A stretch of 64,000 nt of DNA from Octopus sinensis (lineage: Eukaryota). The stretch covers positions 31,434,001 through 31,498,000 of the forward strand of contig NC_043013.1 of assembly GCF_006345805.1 (NCBI RefSeq). Reading direction: 5' to 3'. The translations under genes and the position numbers were made by a program. A model generated the notes under the pieces. That model saw only the letters and a list, made by a program, of their open reading frames with translations. It did not search any database and was not told the DNA's origin. Shown here piece after piece: positions 1 through 15,663 of the stretch. Each line of letters opens with the position of its first letter. Positions within the stretch are counted from its first letter, which is position 1.

Positions 1-119
1 CTGAGGTTGACTTCGCCTGCTATCTTTCGAGGTCGAGAAGATTAAGTACCAGTTAAATTCTAGAGTCAATGTAATCGACTTAATCCTTCTCGAATTCGCT
101 GTGCCAAAATTTGAAACCA
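1..119 (+). mobile_element. SINE family A, older subtype, cut by the window start
   Basis: Central domain and gtgccaaaatttgaaacca tail. Confidence 0.8.
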
Positions 120-988
120 TTCTGTTTTGGTTTTAGATTTTTAGCATGTGTGCCGCACAGAAATTTGATCTATCGCCTTGTCAGTACCTAGGACGTAAAA
201 ACCCACTGTGTGCTCTTGGAAGCAATTGACTAATGATTGACAGCTAGCCATTTCATATATCACACCGGTCTTAGTTCAATGATTGCTTGAAAGATACACT
301 GATAATACATGCCTTTGTATTACACCACTTGTCCTATTGACTTTTCTAGGAGGAAACACTTAGAAAAGGAAGCAAAATATTTTCTGACGTATATGTACAA
401 ACCTCTGTAATTTTTCTTTGTAATGACTCTTGATTATTCGTTACAAATTAGGTTTAACGAGTAACATTGGAATAAGACATCACACTCGATGTCATACTTG
501 TAGTTGGCCGCAATTAGAGAAATTGTTCATATTTCTGCGAGGTGCAGACATTTCTATGTACTTATACACTTATTAGCAGTACTTATTCCGCTTATTTTAT
601 TTACAAAATTTAAGGTATTGCTCATAAAGCTTTGGAAACCATGTCCGAAATTCTTGGGGACCAGAAGATAGAGATGACATGTTAGTTCTCAGGTATAATA
701 AGCGTTGCATTTTATAAGATACAAAATATTTTCTTCTCTCTTTAAACTGGAGGTTATGCAAAAGCATCAAAGCGTAATGATTCAATATTAAATAAGTTTC
801 TGTAAGTACAGTAATCAGATTTGTCTACGCTTCGCTATATTTTGGAACGTATTCATTCTCGCTAAAACACAATTATTAAAATAACAGCAACAATTGTATT
901 AACAATGATAATAATAATATATCATAAATTATTCATAAGCTCATGTATAGAAAGAGAAATCCTATTCATAGCTTAATATTTAATAATG

Positions 989-1224
989 TCAAAGCGGCGA
1001 GCTGGCTGAATCGTTAGCACGCCGGGAGAAATGCTTAGCGTTATTTTGTCTGCCATTACGTCCAGAGTTCAAATTCTGCCGAGACCGACTTTGCCTCTCA
1101 TCCTTTCGGGGTCGATTAAATAAGTGCCACTTACGCACTGGGGTCAATGTAAACGACAAAAATCCTTTTGTCTGCCCTTGTTTGTCCCCTCTGTGTTTAT
1201 CGCCCTATGGGCAATAAAGAAATG
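989..1224 (+). mobile_element. SINE family A (tRNA-like head, central gtcgactttgcctttcatcctttcggggtcgat domain), full length
   Basis: B-box-like gagttcaaattc; 14-bp TSD aatatttaataatg at 975-988 and 1225-1238. Confidence 0.9.
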
Positions 1225-1833
1225 AATATTTAATAATGCTATTTATGAAATTACAACATTGCTATAAGTTTGTATAAGAATATAATTATAATCTTCGTAA
1301 CGTAGAACTATTAAAAAATATTCAGTTTGACCAACTGATTAACTACACATCTATAATCTATATCCGCTGCTTTAAATTTGGACATATTTTTTTTATTTCA
1401 ACAGAAAAATATCCGAAACGAATCCATACTATTTTATCAAGTGGGTTTGGATCGACGCAAATGTATAACATATACTAACTGAAAATGGTGTGAGGTGGAC
1501 TCAGATATCGAATTTGTGACTGTGACGCAAATTTCCCGGTCAAATATAAAACAATATAATATAAGTTGGCTATTATGTTTCAACATAAGTATTTACAACG
1601 TTGCATTTAAATAAACAATATTATTGTTATTATTATTATTACAATCAAAATCATGAATATAACTGAAGGAAGTGATAACTAAACTTCTTGAAATGTCTAG
1701 CAGCTTTTTGATTTATTAAACTGTTAAATGGAATAGTAGTGGTTCTCGATTATTGAACTAAATCATCCGTCGTATCTAGTTTGTCGTTGAGATGTTTAGA
1801 CGTGTATTTATGTAGAAGATGCGGGTCGAGGCA

Positions 1834-2025
<192 letters not shown>

Positions 2026-2827
2026 GTAATACTCAAAGAACGGTTTGGTTGCTTCCTGTAACAGTGCGGCTGAATAACAAATCGCCCTATTATTGTTTCT
2101 TCTGCAGGAATACTCTATCGTAAGTGTGTGCATATGCAGGCCTCATATAAAGGGAATACTTATTCTGTTTTGGCTACCTCTGAATATCGAGAAATATTGT
2201 ACTCAGTAACCTCATCACTGTTTGTGTCTATTTTTTATCAGCTTCCCTGAAATGTCTATGTTATTTTATTTACATCATTTTTACATTATGCACTAGTTAA
2301 CACAGAGCCATGAAGGTAATGGTAGAGACTATATCTCCGTTTATATTCACTAAGAATACAAAAACTGTCGGAGTTACCTTCCTGTCCTGCTTGTTCAGCA
2401 TTATATAAGCTGACAGCTAACATATTTTTAATCACCATATTTAACGCTACTATTGTTATTTCTCATTTGAAAACAGAAACTATTCATACCCTACATTTTA
2501 CTTTGATGTATGTTAAGTCGTTGCTGGCGAGAGGATTCAGAATGTGCACAAATCGGTAAAATATAAAACCAACTGTTTGAGCCATACTGAGTTGTCCATT
2601 TGTACATTTCTTCAATGCTTAGTAGTATTAGATTTTGGGCATCTCTTTGTTATAATGCAAATTCAGTTTTAATTTTGTTTACAGCGTTTATTTATATAAA
2701 TTACTCCTCTTCTAAGTGCTGTCTGACACGTATAGGCTTCTTATATACTAGTTGGCTTCGTTGGAAACTGTAAACTGTTCTGGTTTCTAGACATTTTCTA
2801 AATATTTACTTTAATATACACTTGTTA

Positions 2828-2968
2828 TTAAACAATTTTCAAATTCGTCTGTAGATAATTAATCATTATGTTATCCTTTCCAATTGCTGAGCAATACAAC
2901 ACATTTCTCCGCTCATGTCGAGTGTGTTCTCCTTCAAGTTTTGATATATGGCGGATTAACGTTGGGTT
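2828..2968 (-). CDS. Candidate terminal coding exon, unknown protein (NPTLIRHISKLEGEHTRHERRNVLYCSAIGKDNIMINYLQTNLKIV*)
   Basis: Acceptor ttcctcattatctag; phase 0; open to a TAA stop. Confidence 0.5.
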   Translation of the reverse strand, partial: NPTLIRHISKLEGEHTRHERRNVLYCSAIGKDNIMINYLQTNLKIV

Positions 2969-3416
2969 CTAGATAATGAGGAAGTAATTGTTCATTTCAG
3001 TCTCCACAGTGTTTATGGATACATAACTATACGCAATGTGTCTGAAATCTGAGAGGGATTTGTCTACGCTTCGCTGTTTGTTGGAACGTATCATGGTAAT
3101 TGTTCCTAATCAGTTCATACACTGCTTAGATTTCTTTTAAATTTTGTTGAGATTGTCAACGTAGGTGTCAACATTCTACAGTGTAGACCATTACTTCATG
3201 GAATCCAACTATGGTGTTTCGAAGATTTGCTTATTATATCAAAGATATAAAGAAAGCAAAAAAAAAAAGAAATCATTCTGTATTGCTCCCAAAGTAATAC
3301 TGCAACTTTTTACTTATTTTCTTGTAAGAGAATTTGGTAAACAAAAAAATTCAGAGAACATACGTGAAATTTCGTGTCTTATTCCCAATATACTATTATG
3401 TTTTTTAACTAAATAT

Positions 3417-3451
<35 letters not shown>

Positions 3452-3787
3452 TAACTAAATACACACACACACATATATATGCACACACATACACACACAC
3501 ATATGTAATAAAGGTGGCTTATTTGCAATTTACAACCGAAAGACAGAAGTATAGATGTCACTAAAGCTTGCCTTCATTGTCATAGAACTTGCCTCCCTTG
3601 TCAGTCATAAGATAAGTAGCTAAGAGTTGTTTTGACTCCTACTTCTAGGAACGCTAGAGCTAACTAGTACCCTCAATCACTTTAGTGATGTATATACACA
3701 TACACACACATATACTCATGTACTTATACATATGTATGTAAGCACCAGAAAGTGTAACTCAAGTTCTTGACACTAGTGTTGATGCAC

Positions 3788-3844
3788 GTTGTGTTGCAGG
3801 ACAAAAATATCTCGAACAAATAATGCATGATAACCCTCCGGTAC
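3788..3844 (-). CDS. Possible additional phase 0-0 exon (VPEGYHALFVRDIFVLQHN)
   Basis: Strong acceptor gctatttttcag; weak donor gtgcat; a stop follows if the exon is extended. Confidence 0.25.
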
Positions 3845-5185
3845 CTGAAAAATAGCGTCAATTTCTAACTTCGATTGATACTTTTTTATTTTCTCGAAAG
3901 TACACAGGACAATTTTGACGGGGAATCATATCGTGTTTTGGGAATCAATCAGGTATATACAAACATATAAGCAATTTTAAGAGAAGCACTGAAATATAAA
4001 ATGAGAATTGTTAAGTGATAGCGAATGCGGATTGGTTACACATATAATATTAAGCCCCTTAATCTAGTTTTACGAAATCCAAAGCAGAGCTTCGTCGATC
4101 TCTTCAGCCTGGAATTCTTGAAATGCATTTTAATATTCATTTGATAATTGTCTGGGAAATTACTCTATTTATGACGTATTACTATCTTATGAAATTATTT
4201 GTATCTAAAAAATGCTGACTTTAAATGATCAGGTGTGAATTGCACTAGGAAATATTCGCATATATCTTATCATTCTTTTAGGGGATCAGTAGATCTAGTA
4301 GAGATTATAGCCTTTCACTTTTTAGTTACGGCGTTTATATTTATTTGTTTAATTATCAAGATATTGAATATAATCCACGCCAACTTCAACATTCTGAAGT
4401 GTTCTCCCTCTGTTATTAGCTATCTGCTTCATAAATATCGGGTTGAATGTCAATGACGTAAATTCCAGCATTTATATTTTAAAGGTAGATGGAATTATGT
4501 TGAATCACCAGGGGTAGTTTCTATTCGAAACCTCCCCGTGCACCAAGAATGATTGGCGTATGATATAATTAAGATGAAGTCATATTTCCCATACTTGCAA
4601 TATCTAGCAGCGCATATTGGTATATAAACTGAATCAAATTAAATAATGTAAAAATGCTTAATAATATATTTTTGCCTCTAAATTATATTTTTTGCCATTT
4701 TTCTCCTTGCTTTAATCGATTATTATGAATGTTATTATCAGTGTGACTTGTATTTCGGAGTCCACTAGACATCCCACAACTAAGCGCCGGAGTGTATACA
4801 CTGGGTCGTATGCTTTCTTTAATTTTTTAGTTTCCTGTTTTATTGAAAGTATTGTAATATATCAGCTGAGTTCAGTAAACTTTAGGATTTTTATTATATG
4901 TAATGTATGTACATATCTGATGAGATTTTAAATATATTTCTCTACGTATAATCAGTTATCCCCAAACTACGTTTCTACACTAGTAACTGTTTGCATCTTC
5001 ATTCGTCCCGTACTGGTTAGCTCTTTTACTAACCTTTGAATTATGTCATGGTCGTAATATCAGCGGCCTGTCGTCCGTTTTTATGTTCTGAGATCACATT
5101 CCGCTATGGTCGACTGTGCTTTTCATAAATTCGAGGTCGTAAAAATAAATACCAGTCGACAACTGGGTTCATGTAATCTACTTAC

Positions 5186-5308
5186 ACTCTCACCGAAATC
5201 ATTGACCTTGTACCAAAATTTGAATCCAATGTTATTCTCTGCTTCCCGCTTTATATTTGGTAACTGCGTTATTACAAGTTGTTTGAGAAATTCAAAACAG
5301 TTTGTTTT
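5186..5308 (-). CDS. Candidate internal exon (KTNCFEFLKQLVITQLPNIKREAENNIGFKFWYKVNDFGES)
   Basis: Acceptor tttttttaag, donor gtaagt; 123 nt, phase 0-0, open frame. Confidence 0.6.
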
Positions 5309-5548
5309 CTTAAAAAAATATCTAGCTACGTACACAAAACACATGGTAAAATCTTTTGAAAGACAATATAAATAAGATTCAAATTTGACAATTGCTAAAG
5401 AGGAGCAAAATCATTTTATTTCCATTGAACATGTTCAGATTTACGATGAATATCGTTGCTTAACAATAGAATTAGATATTAACATTAACGATCGAAGTTC
5501 AACATATATTGAATAATAACAATCCAAATATATTCACAAATATTGTTG

Positions 5549-5603
<55 letters not shown>

Positions 5604-6369
5604 CATCATCATCATCATCATCATCATCATTATTATTAGTATTACCACAGACACTAGAACGTTTCAATGTCTATCCCTGTAAATCATGTATCTTCTCCTT
5701 CTGTATGATTCCAGCTGTATCGATTACGAACCGGATTGCAGACACATTATTACTAATTAATGTTTTAATTAAACAGCTAGGTCAGTGTAAACCCATAGCT
5801 GTACAGGTCGCTTCTGCACAACATTATTATCATTTGATATAGTTAAGTCAGTAATTGATGCACTGCCGCCATGTTTGTTATGGAAATTGTGGCGATGCTT
5901 ATTAATGATCTAATTGGTAGTCTGTATTCATGTATTAATCCCATGGTACAATTGACATTGATATTCTCAAATCATGTGGAAATTTATTTGAATGCCACAA
6001 ACTAAATGGATTGAAACTCAATGCCTTGATATGTATGGGGGAATTTTGGTGTATTATTCAGTTTCAAAATTTAGAATATCGGGGAGAGTATAGTACCACG
6101 TTTCATAACATGCTCTGTCATTTCAAAAACACAGACCATACGCGATATTTACCTCTATATTGAAGGTTAAGTGAATACTTCTTTCTTTATACCTAAGACT
6201 AGTGGTATACTCAAGTATGTTGCTTGGTTTTGACTTGGTTGCTCCATTCAAGCAAGAGCTATTTCTCCTATATATGCTATGCAATCATATGTGTATCATA
6301 ATTATATTTATGTATAAATGTATGATTATATTTAAAGATATTCATATGTATATATATATATACATACAA

Positions 6370-6422
<53 letters not shown>

Positions 6423-6497
6423 ATATATATATACACATATATGTATATATATATGTATATGTATACACACACATGTATATATACATATATATCTATA

Positions 6498-6546
<49 letters not shown>

Positions 6547-6590
6547 GTGTGTTCGTCTGTATGTGTGTATGTGCGAGTGTTTGTGATTAC

Positions 6591-6645
6591 ATGGTTTATG
6601 GTTGTACACAATAGTTGACTTTTGTGAATATGTCTGTTGAGGTTA
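6591..6645 (-). CDS. Candidate internal exon ([18 protein letters not shown])
   Basis: Acceptor tttactcttccag, donor gtaatc; phase 2-0 bridges the neighbouring exons. Confidence 0.45.
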
Positions 6646-7154
6646 CTGGAAGAGTAAATTCTTATTAGATTCAAGGATGTTTCATAGCCGCAAATGTATG
6701 AGATATATTCCCGATGCATTTCGGTTTTTTTTTTTATCCTTTTGCAGTCACAGAAATAGAATAATGTAGCACGCTATCTTGTGTAATGACAAGATTAAAA
6801 GAAAGTTTCGCTCATACCTAATATAATACTACCACGTATAGATCTAAGGATATCTTGCTGTTAGATGCCACACTTATGTAACGCATGTGTGCAAGAGAGG
6901 TAATTCTGGCGGGCAGTATTTTATTTCTTCTGTGATGTAACCCTACGTATACCTTGCACTCATCCCATATCTTACATGTACATACTATGTCTTGATTTGC
7001 AAATGCACTTATTCTTGTTTATATTATTAATCTACATGTTCCATTCTTTTTTACATAGACTTAGTAAAATTTTTACAAACACACACACATACATATGAAT
7101 ATATATATATATATAAATATATTCGTATTTACATACATATATACATAGATAGAT

Positions 7155-7190
<36 letters not shown>

Positions 7191-7238
7191 TTAATATGCA
7201 TGTTCAAATTAATATCAGTATTATCATGATAATGATTA

Positions 7239-7274
<36 letters not shown>

Positions 7275-9145
7275 CACCATCATCATCATCATTCTCATCC
7301 TTCTCCTTCTCTTCCTCCTCCTCCTCCTCATCATTTTGATACTATGATTATACATATTGATACTATAATTATATCTGCGGCGAGGGACTAAGATTATATA
7401 ATGTTGGACGCCAGGATTTGATAGGAACTTATTTTCACTGACCCGTATTATAATGAAAGGCAACATTCGAGGGTCTTTTCCCTAACGAAAGCTTTTACGG
7501 GGATTTACAAATATACAATACAATTTAATAATACACATGCCCATATATACGGGTTAAGTTAGGCAAATATTTAGATTGAAGGCGAGGGTGAATAGCTTAT
7601 ACAATTAAAGTGAGTAAAGTCCTACAATCCGAACGTAAAATTAATGCAAGCAATAAATAAACAAGGGGTATAGTAAACACACACGTTATTAAAAACAAAA
7701 CGTTGAATGGGAAAATTGTTTTGGAGAACTTTTAAATTTCTTCCCTATATTTGACTGAATAAGTAATTGCTAAATCGGGCTGGGGCGTTCTAAATTTCTA
7801 CCCAACTGTACCATTGCTAGCCCTGTAGCTACAATCTTCCAAAAATGTCCATTAGGATTTCCTGGGATTAGAAAAGAACAACTAATGCTTTTAGGAAATG
7901 CCCGATGATCCCATAGTATACGATTCACTTATATTAGACCTTCCTTATTCGATAATTTGAGAGCACTTTAAAGAGCTATCCGCATTTATCCAAGCATAGC
8001 TATGTCACGTTTCCCGTTCTGCTTTGCTACGATATTCGCATGAATTCAGTGTAGAAAATTTAACCTACATATATATTCCAAATTATGACAGATGGAATAA
8101 ATGTTTGAATAACAATAACAGCAGCAGCAACAACATGCACAACATCATCAGCAACAAAGCAATTGTTATAAGCGTATACATTCATTGATGTATACGAAAT
8201 GAACTACCGCCATATCAACTTGATCGGAAATTTTAGTGTTCGAAATTTATGTCCAAATCAATAATCTCACAAGTGTTCTAGTTTTGTTGTTTTTGTTTTG
8301 TTTTTTTTTGTTTTGTTTTTTGCCGGATCACAAAACACGTTGAAGATAAACCATCATTATAGCTACGTAAGCTCTTCTTATATAAATCTAGATATGTTCT
8401 GTTTAATTTTGTTTTTCTATCCTGTGTATCCGTTTCCGTCTGTAGTTTTCATGCATTCTTCCACAGCATCGAAGCAACATATTTTCACAAAAGTGTGTGT
8501 CTTTTTTAAATAAAATTCAGGGGGAAATATCCAGCTCTCTTACAAACATCATGAGCTCTGATAGGCAGGGGGGATGAAACACTAGCCTTCGTCGTGGATA
8601 TTGTTGCTAGCTTTACTGCTGCCTGCTGCCTTCCTTATTTCTCCCTTTTTTCTAGTTCTCCAGGGCCCATAGAGGCTTTTACCACCACAAGTGTTTATAG
8701 TTGGGTGTTCGGCCCAGAATGCCAGGCGCTTCGAATTTATTGTTTTTTCCCTTGAAATTGGAAGAAAGCCAAAATTTCTTTGTGTATATTTTTACTTTGC
8801 TTTTTAAAACATGTAAGCCTAAGACTTTATATTCATGACAGCTTTACCCGCCGATATATTCAAAACATTAATATTAAAATATTAATGTAATAACGATTAA
8901 GAAAAATTTACTTTTGAATATCAGTTTCGTCTTTATTTCGAGATACATTTCGAGATACATAATCAGCGCATCGATATTTCATTTATTCCCAAAGGAGTTG
9001 TATTAGGAACAGAATGTCATCACTTAATATCGTACATTAAGAGATAAAATGTACCGTGAATATATTATGCTATCATCATTTTAATGGAAATATTTACCCA
9101 TTTGTACGTTTACTTAAGCGCGTGCAACCTTAGACTCTTTATACA

Positions 9146-9189
<44 letters not shown>

Positions 9190-9395
9190 TTCAGCAAAAT
9201 TGACATTCAGATGAATATGTTACTTAAGTCAAAAGGCACCAGAATTTTGTATGGTATTATCCATATAAATCAATGGTGTGATTACAATCAAAATAAGCAA
9301 CTAGTATATCCGAGGTAATGTAGTACAATCGTTTCATGCTACTTCAATTTTATTAAACACTGTAAGTATTACATCAAAATATATATATATATATA

Positions 9396-9495
<100 letters not shown>

Positions 9496-9733
9496 ATTGA
9501 TATATATAATTTTATTCTTTTATTCTTTCTTATATTTAAGCCATTTGATTGCACCATCTCAAAGTGTTTTACTCGAAGAAATCAATCCCAGGACTTATTC
9601 GGTCTCGCTTGTCGGAGCATTAATTTACGGGGACGTAAACACGCCAACACATGTTGTAACCTGACGGTGGGCGATACAGAAACAAAGACAACCACACACA
9701 CACATACACAAACATACACACACACACACAGAC

Positions 9734-9776
<43 letters not shown>

Positions 9777-9945
9777 TATGGATATATAGATATAAAATAA
9801 AATAAATATAAGAGAGTGGTCACTATATGGCTCACTCTAGCACCAGTTAATCCAATAGGTTTCAACCACAAAAATACATGTTTCCCATGAAAGTCAGTAC
9901 GATTGTTAGCTCACACATATATGTATATATATGTATATATATGTA

Positions 9946-10000
<55 letters not shown>

Positions 10001-10193
10001 TGTATATATATATATATATGTATATATATCGCAATATCTATACAAAATACAAATAGTCAACGAAATATCTAAGTATTGAAAGAAGTATTGGGTAAACAAA
10101 ATTAAAAATAGAATGAAATATTCTCTTTCCCTATCATGAGAAACAAAGAAGTAAATCTCTTAGGCCGGGCACTCGCTTCATTCAACAAAATAC

Positions 10194-10320
10194 CGGTATC
10201 CACTATCTATTTCCATTAAAGCATGTTTGAAAATTACGTAATTAAATTCAGGATTATAATGAATGAAGGACCTTATCGTACAAGTTCTCTCATTAATAAA
10301 CTTGTTAAATGTCCACTTAT
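10194..10320 (-). CDS. Candidate internal exon (KWTFNKFINERTCTIRSFIHYNPEFNYVIFKHALMEIDSGYR)
   Basis: Acceptor tttttttccag, donor gtattt; phase 1-2, open frame. Confidence 0.55.
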
Positions 10321-10607
10321 CTGGAAAAAAATTGGAAGCCAATTGTACATAATGTTAAAACATTGCTAGCCAATTATATACACTTCAAACAATCTTTCTG
10401 AAGGTAGATTAATTAAAAGAAATTTAAAAGGAGCTTTGCAACTAAATTTATAGAGGAGACCTAAATATATGTACATTTTCTCATACCATAATGTAATCAT
10501 GTTGAAATTATGATTTGGTTTTGCGCGCTTAAATGATCTACGATCTAGCTATATGTCTAGCCATCAGCTCATTCAAACAAGCGATTTAGATTTTCTAGCT
10601 TCATTAC

Positions 10608-10700
10608 TCTCTAAAAATATGTAATAATTATTCCCAAATAAGCGAGTAAATGGACAAAAATGTGAGAAATCCTCACGGTAATATAGCATCAAATCCAAAT
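10608..10700 (-). CDS. Candidate internal exon (DLDLMLYYREDFSHFCPFTRLFGNNYYIFLE); an alternative donor would end it at 10677
   Basis: Acceptor cattgcttgcttag; phase 1-1 with either donor (gtaatg or gtgagg). Confidence 0.4.
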
Positions 10701-11371
10701 CTAAGCAAGCAATGCAAAATGTGTAAATATACTGATACCATATGAAGTTTAGCATAGTATGCACATTCGTTATCACAACATAAATGTTGTTTATTTTATT
10801 CATGATATATGAACACCAAAACCGTAATAAAATAACAAGCATCAACATAAAATGAAATTTACGCAATATATATTAGTGGAAACTGGTAATCTTTTGCTTT
10901 CCAAAGCATGTAAAAATCGTAATATATTCAGCAATAAAAAGGCAGCTAGATTATTAAATAATTCCAGACACCTTTTAACTCAAATATGTGAATTAAAGGC
11001 TCGTGATATGTAAATAGTACATAGAAAGAGAAAAAGTGTGAATATTGTTTGATGTTTTGACACAATTACTAAGGGAGACATTCCCAGATATTATTATATA
11101 TTCATATATGTTTAATGATTTATTAAGTTAATGGTAATTCAAGACCGAGAAAGAATGTCGGTATTGTGCATACATCAGATGTATCAGCCTTTTCGATCAG
11201 TTGGGTATTTATTCACGCTTCGTCATAACTTACATCAGTATGGACGATGAGCAAAATTATACACCCATAGAAGCAGATTAGACACACACAATATATGTAT
11301 ATATGATTGATTGATTGATTGATTCCAGTTTCAGCTCATGAGCTGTGGCCATGCTGGGGCACCGCCATTTA

Positions 11372-11443
<72 letters not shown>

Positions 11444-11459
11444 ATATATATATACATAT

Positions 11460-11510
<51 letters not shown>

Positions 11511-12518
11511 CGTACACGTACATGTATAAAACATGTGTGCCTAGATACTTGTATGTATGTTTGTGGAACGCGGAGTATGCACGCATGTCCTTGTACATGC
11601 ATATATCAATGTAAATCTAGGGAGATATATTTCTGCATGTACATACCCATAAACAAACGTATATGTATGAACAGATTTATATATATATGTATGTGTGTGT
11701 GTATCTGTGCGTGTGTGTGTGTGTGTATGTGTAATAGTAATACATCGATTCAAGCATAATATACATATAATTCTTACAGTAAACTAGATAAAATATAGTA
11801 TATGATATGCATGAAGCGTGAAATAACTGATCAAAGAGAATCCAAGGAGACCCGAGCCGATATTCGCTGTCAAGACTTTTATTATTTGAAAACTTGTCAG
11901 AAAGTGTGCAGTGAAATTGCTGAGGAGTGTGGACAATCAAAGTATGAAATATATGGAGTGATATAGTTTTGACACAACTTCGTTGTTCAGAATTTGATAC
12001 GCAGAAAATATGCAACATTCGCAATCAATACCACAATGGTTTATTCAAAGAAAGACTAATACTATAGAGAAGAATATCTGGTCATTCACGGTAATATGAA
12101 AGAAGTTAACTCCGTTTATGAAGCCACAATTGCAACTAGTTTTTCTTCTGTATTATCAATATTTCGATTTAGATATATTTCAAATATATTTCGAATGTTG
12201 TCGTAATACGGTACAATCTGAGGTATAATTGGTGTCGTGAATTAAAGGTGATGAGAAATTAAGAGTATGATACTGTAATATCACCAAAGTAAATATATTG
12301 ATCTCTGCATTAGATTAAGGGTAATACTTCGTAAAAGAAATAAGATAAGAATTATTTTTAAAATGATATAATTAAAATGAAGAAAAATCATCTCTGTAGA
12401 TTCGGTCTGACTGGGTATACATTGGGGAGTGTTTGTGGATTCAATAAAGTTAGTGTAATAAAGTTGGTATATATATATATATTATATATATATATATATA
12501 TATAATATATATATATAC

Positions 12519-12549
<31 letters not shown>

Positions 12550-12722
12550 TAAATAGGTAGATAGATATACGCAGAGTCAATGTGGTGTACACATGTACAT
12601 ATGTAGGTTTATATTTGTATACATATATTTGTGTGTGTATATGTGTGCGTGCATGTGTGTATATATAATTATATATACTGTGTTCATAGGAAACCAGAGA
12701 TCTCTATATATGTGCCTATATT

Positions 12723-12773
<51 letters not shown>

Positions 12774-12962
12774 GAGTGTGTGTGTTTGCGTGTGTGTGAG
12801 CGTGTGTTTGTATTTGAAAATCTATGACGATTACAGTTTTTGAAATATAAAGGTGATGTTTTTCTTTCAAATATTTTTGAAAAACATGTTATAAAAACTT
12901 TTATAAGAATGTTACTAACTTTTGGGGGAAGAAGGTTTTTTCCTAGAACGTGAGCGCTATAT

Positions 12963-12998
<36 letters not shown>

Positions 12999-13102
12999 AC
13001 ACACACACATTACTATTCGGATTTTACGACTTAATATTCTTTGCAGTTGTTGAATTCAAATTAGTGAAGCTAAGACTCGCGATATTTCATTTATCAATCG
13101 AT

Positions 13103-13119
13103 TTATCTATCTACCTTTC

Positions 13120-13196
<77 letters not shown>

Positions 13197-13200
13197 GATC

Positions 13201-13254
<54 letters not shown>

Positions 13255-13257
13255 CAA

Positions 13258-13327
<70 letters not shown>

Positions 13328-13365
13328 GGATACATAGATAGGTAGGTAGGCAGATATATATATAT

Positions 13366-13405
<40 letters not shown>

Positions 13406-13414
13406 GTAGATAGG

Positions 13415-13463
<49 letters not shown>
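13103..13463. repeat. (GATA)n array; others at 37733-37947, 49315-49405, 59870-60330, 61450-61515 and 61826-61918
   Basis: Direct inspection. Confidence 0.98.
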
Positions 13464-13465
<2 letters not shown>

Positions 13466-14116
13466 CTTTCTTTGCTGGCCACACAGGGCTGAACGCAGAG
13501 GGAACAGACAGACACATAGACATATATATTGATATAATTTGTAATAGTATACATAGAGCTAGAGTATAAATATATATCCTCATAAACTTTGGCGTAGAGA
13601 TCATTCAGTAAACATCATGCATTGTTGTCAATGGTGGAAGACACTACAAGAAGCATACAAAAAGCATTCTTAATATATACTAAATACCTATGTATTGTAC
13701 ACAAACATAATTTGTACTTTAGTCTATGCGGCCCCACATACATTTTATGAAAATACAAGTACTCAGAAATTGTAGGAACTAAGAAAACACTATGTATGAC
13801 ATATCATCAGCAAAAAAATGTCTGTAATACTTATCGCAGCCATCGAAGGAGAAATATATATTAAAAATAAAATAGCACATAGTGTTAATTCGGGGTTTTA
13901 TTTTAGAGAAAATACATTTGAAAACATATTTTTAAATACGTTTTATGCCATATGAGGAGAAAAATATAATACGCAATGATATTCTTGAGACCAAAATGAC
14001 AACGCTCACAAATATATTCTTATTCGAACACTTAATTGATACACGCGCATATATACACACATACACACATATATATACACGTATATGTGTGTGTTATGTA
14101 TTATACACACAACACC

Positions 14117-14208
<92 letters not shown>

Positions 14209-14678
14209 TATATTATATATTTACACACACAGATATCTATATATATGTAAGTTCTGCAATTTGTTTCGTGTTTGAGATATTCATGACCGAGGCATACGAT
14301 GAAAATTATCATATATAATTCATATTTAGTTCACTTTATTCCTAAACAGGTGAAGAATGTCTGAGTATTTGTAGTTTGTGTTTATATGTATTCGCATATG
14401 AATGGGAATAATTCCCTATCTAAATGTGAACTGAATTAAAGACAGTAATAACATGTGTCTATTTTTTTCTGTATCTTTTGCTGTTGAGCAGATATATGCA
14501 AATATTGGATATCAAGAAAAAGTATATTTTACTAATTCAATACAAAATTTCATAACATTTTCCGATAACTAAGGCGAGCGAAACGCATGAATTACTTATG
14601 GAAATTTAACTGTACATATTTTAACGAGATAAGGCGATCAAATTAAAGGAAAATTTTCAAGAGACATTTCATACATAA

Positions 14679-14781
<103 letters not shown>

Positions 14782-15292
14782 TATATATATACATAAACTA
14801 CACACACACACACATATATATATAAATATATATAGTGTTTTAAAACCTGTATTAAAAAGAGCTAATATCTACCAAATATCGGTTGGTCCATATTTATCAC
14901 ATATTATATTATATAATGTCTGCTTTGGATGAGAGCAGATGTGCATGACAGAAACTGTTGAGAAAGGACGTGTCTAACTAACAGCACTATCCTACGTCTA
15001 TCCTGGGTGGTGACTTTTGCCTTTAATTCCTTTCGGGGTTCTACTTAAATGACAGTGTTAAATCCGTACAAAATGCATACACACAAAATGCGGTCTTCAG
15101 CCTCATGAATCGAAGCCAATACTTTCTTATAGAAGGTAACACTGTACATTTATATATATATATATATATATATAGATATATATATATATATAGATATATA
15201 TATATATATACATAACATATATATATAGTGGAAACACTATATAGTTGCATACATATGAATGCGTTCATATGAGAGCGTTTTATATATATATT

Positions 15293-15370
<78 letters not shown>

Positions 15371-15663
15371 GCTAACAGAAATGTGATTAGTTATTCTTCG
15401 AATAACTTAAAACTTTTATTGACCGAAATTTTAAAATACAAAAGAAAAAGACAGTATTAGAAAGAACTATAGTAAAATCCCCCTATTTTTAACCATTCCA
15501 AAAACAGCCTGATCAAAATTAGTTGAGAAAAAGTTTAACCAGTAATATGCTCCACGTGATTGCATTTAAAGTCAAATTCTGAGCAAATACTTTAAATAAA
15601 CAACGTTTTTCTATTACCATCAAGGCCAGCAATCCCATCGACCATATGTGTGTTTAAGCTTAC

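Noticed and set aside
11811-11966. Plus-strand 49-codon ORF MKREITDQRESKETRADIRCQDFYY.. and the overlapping minus frame
   Set aside because: Short, no splice support that fits the exon phases, no recognisable motif.
13555-13650. Minus-strand frame [23 protein letters not shown] with an in-frame TGA after a good acceptor (selenoprotein idea)
   Set aside because: No redox motif, no SECIS identified and no convincing donor; chance is more likely.
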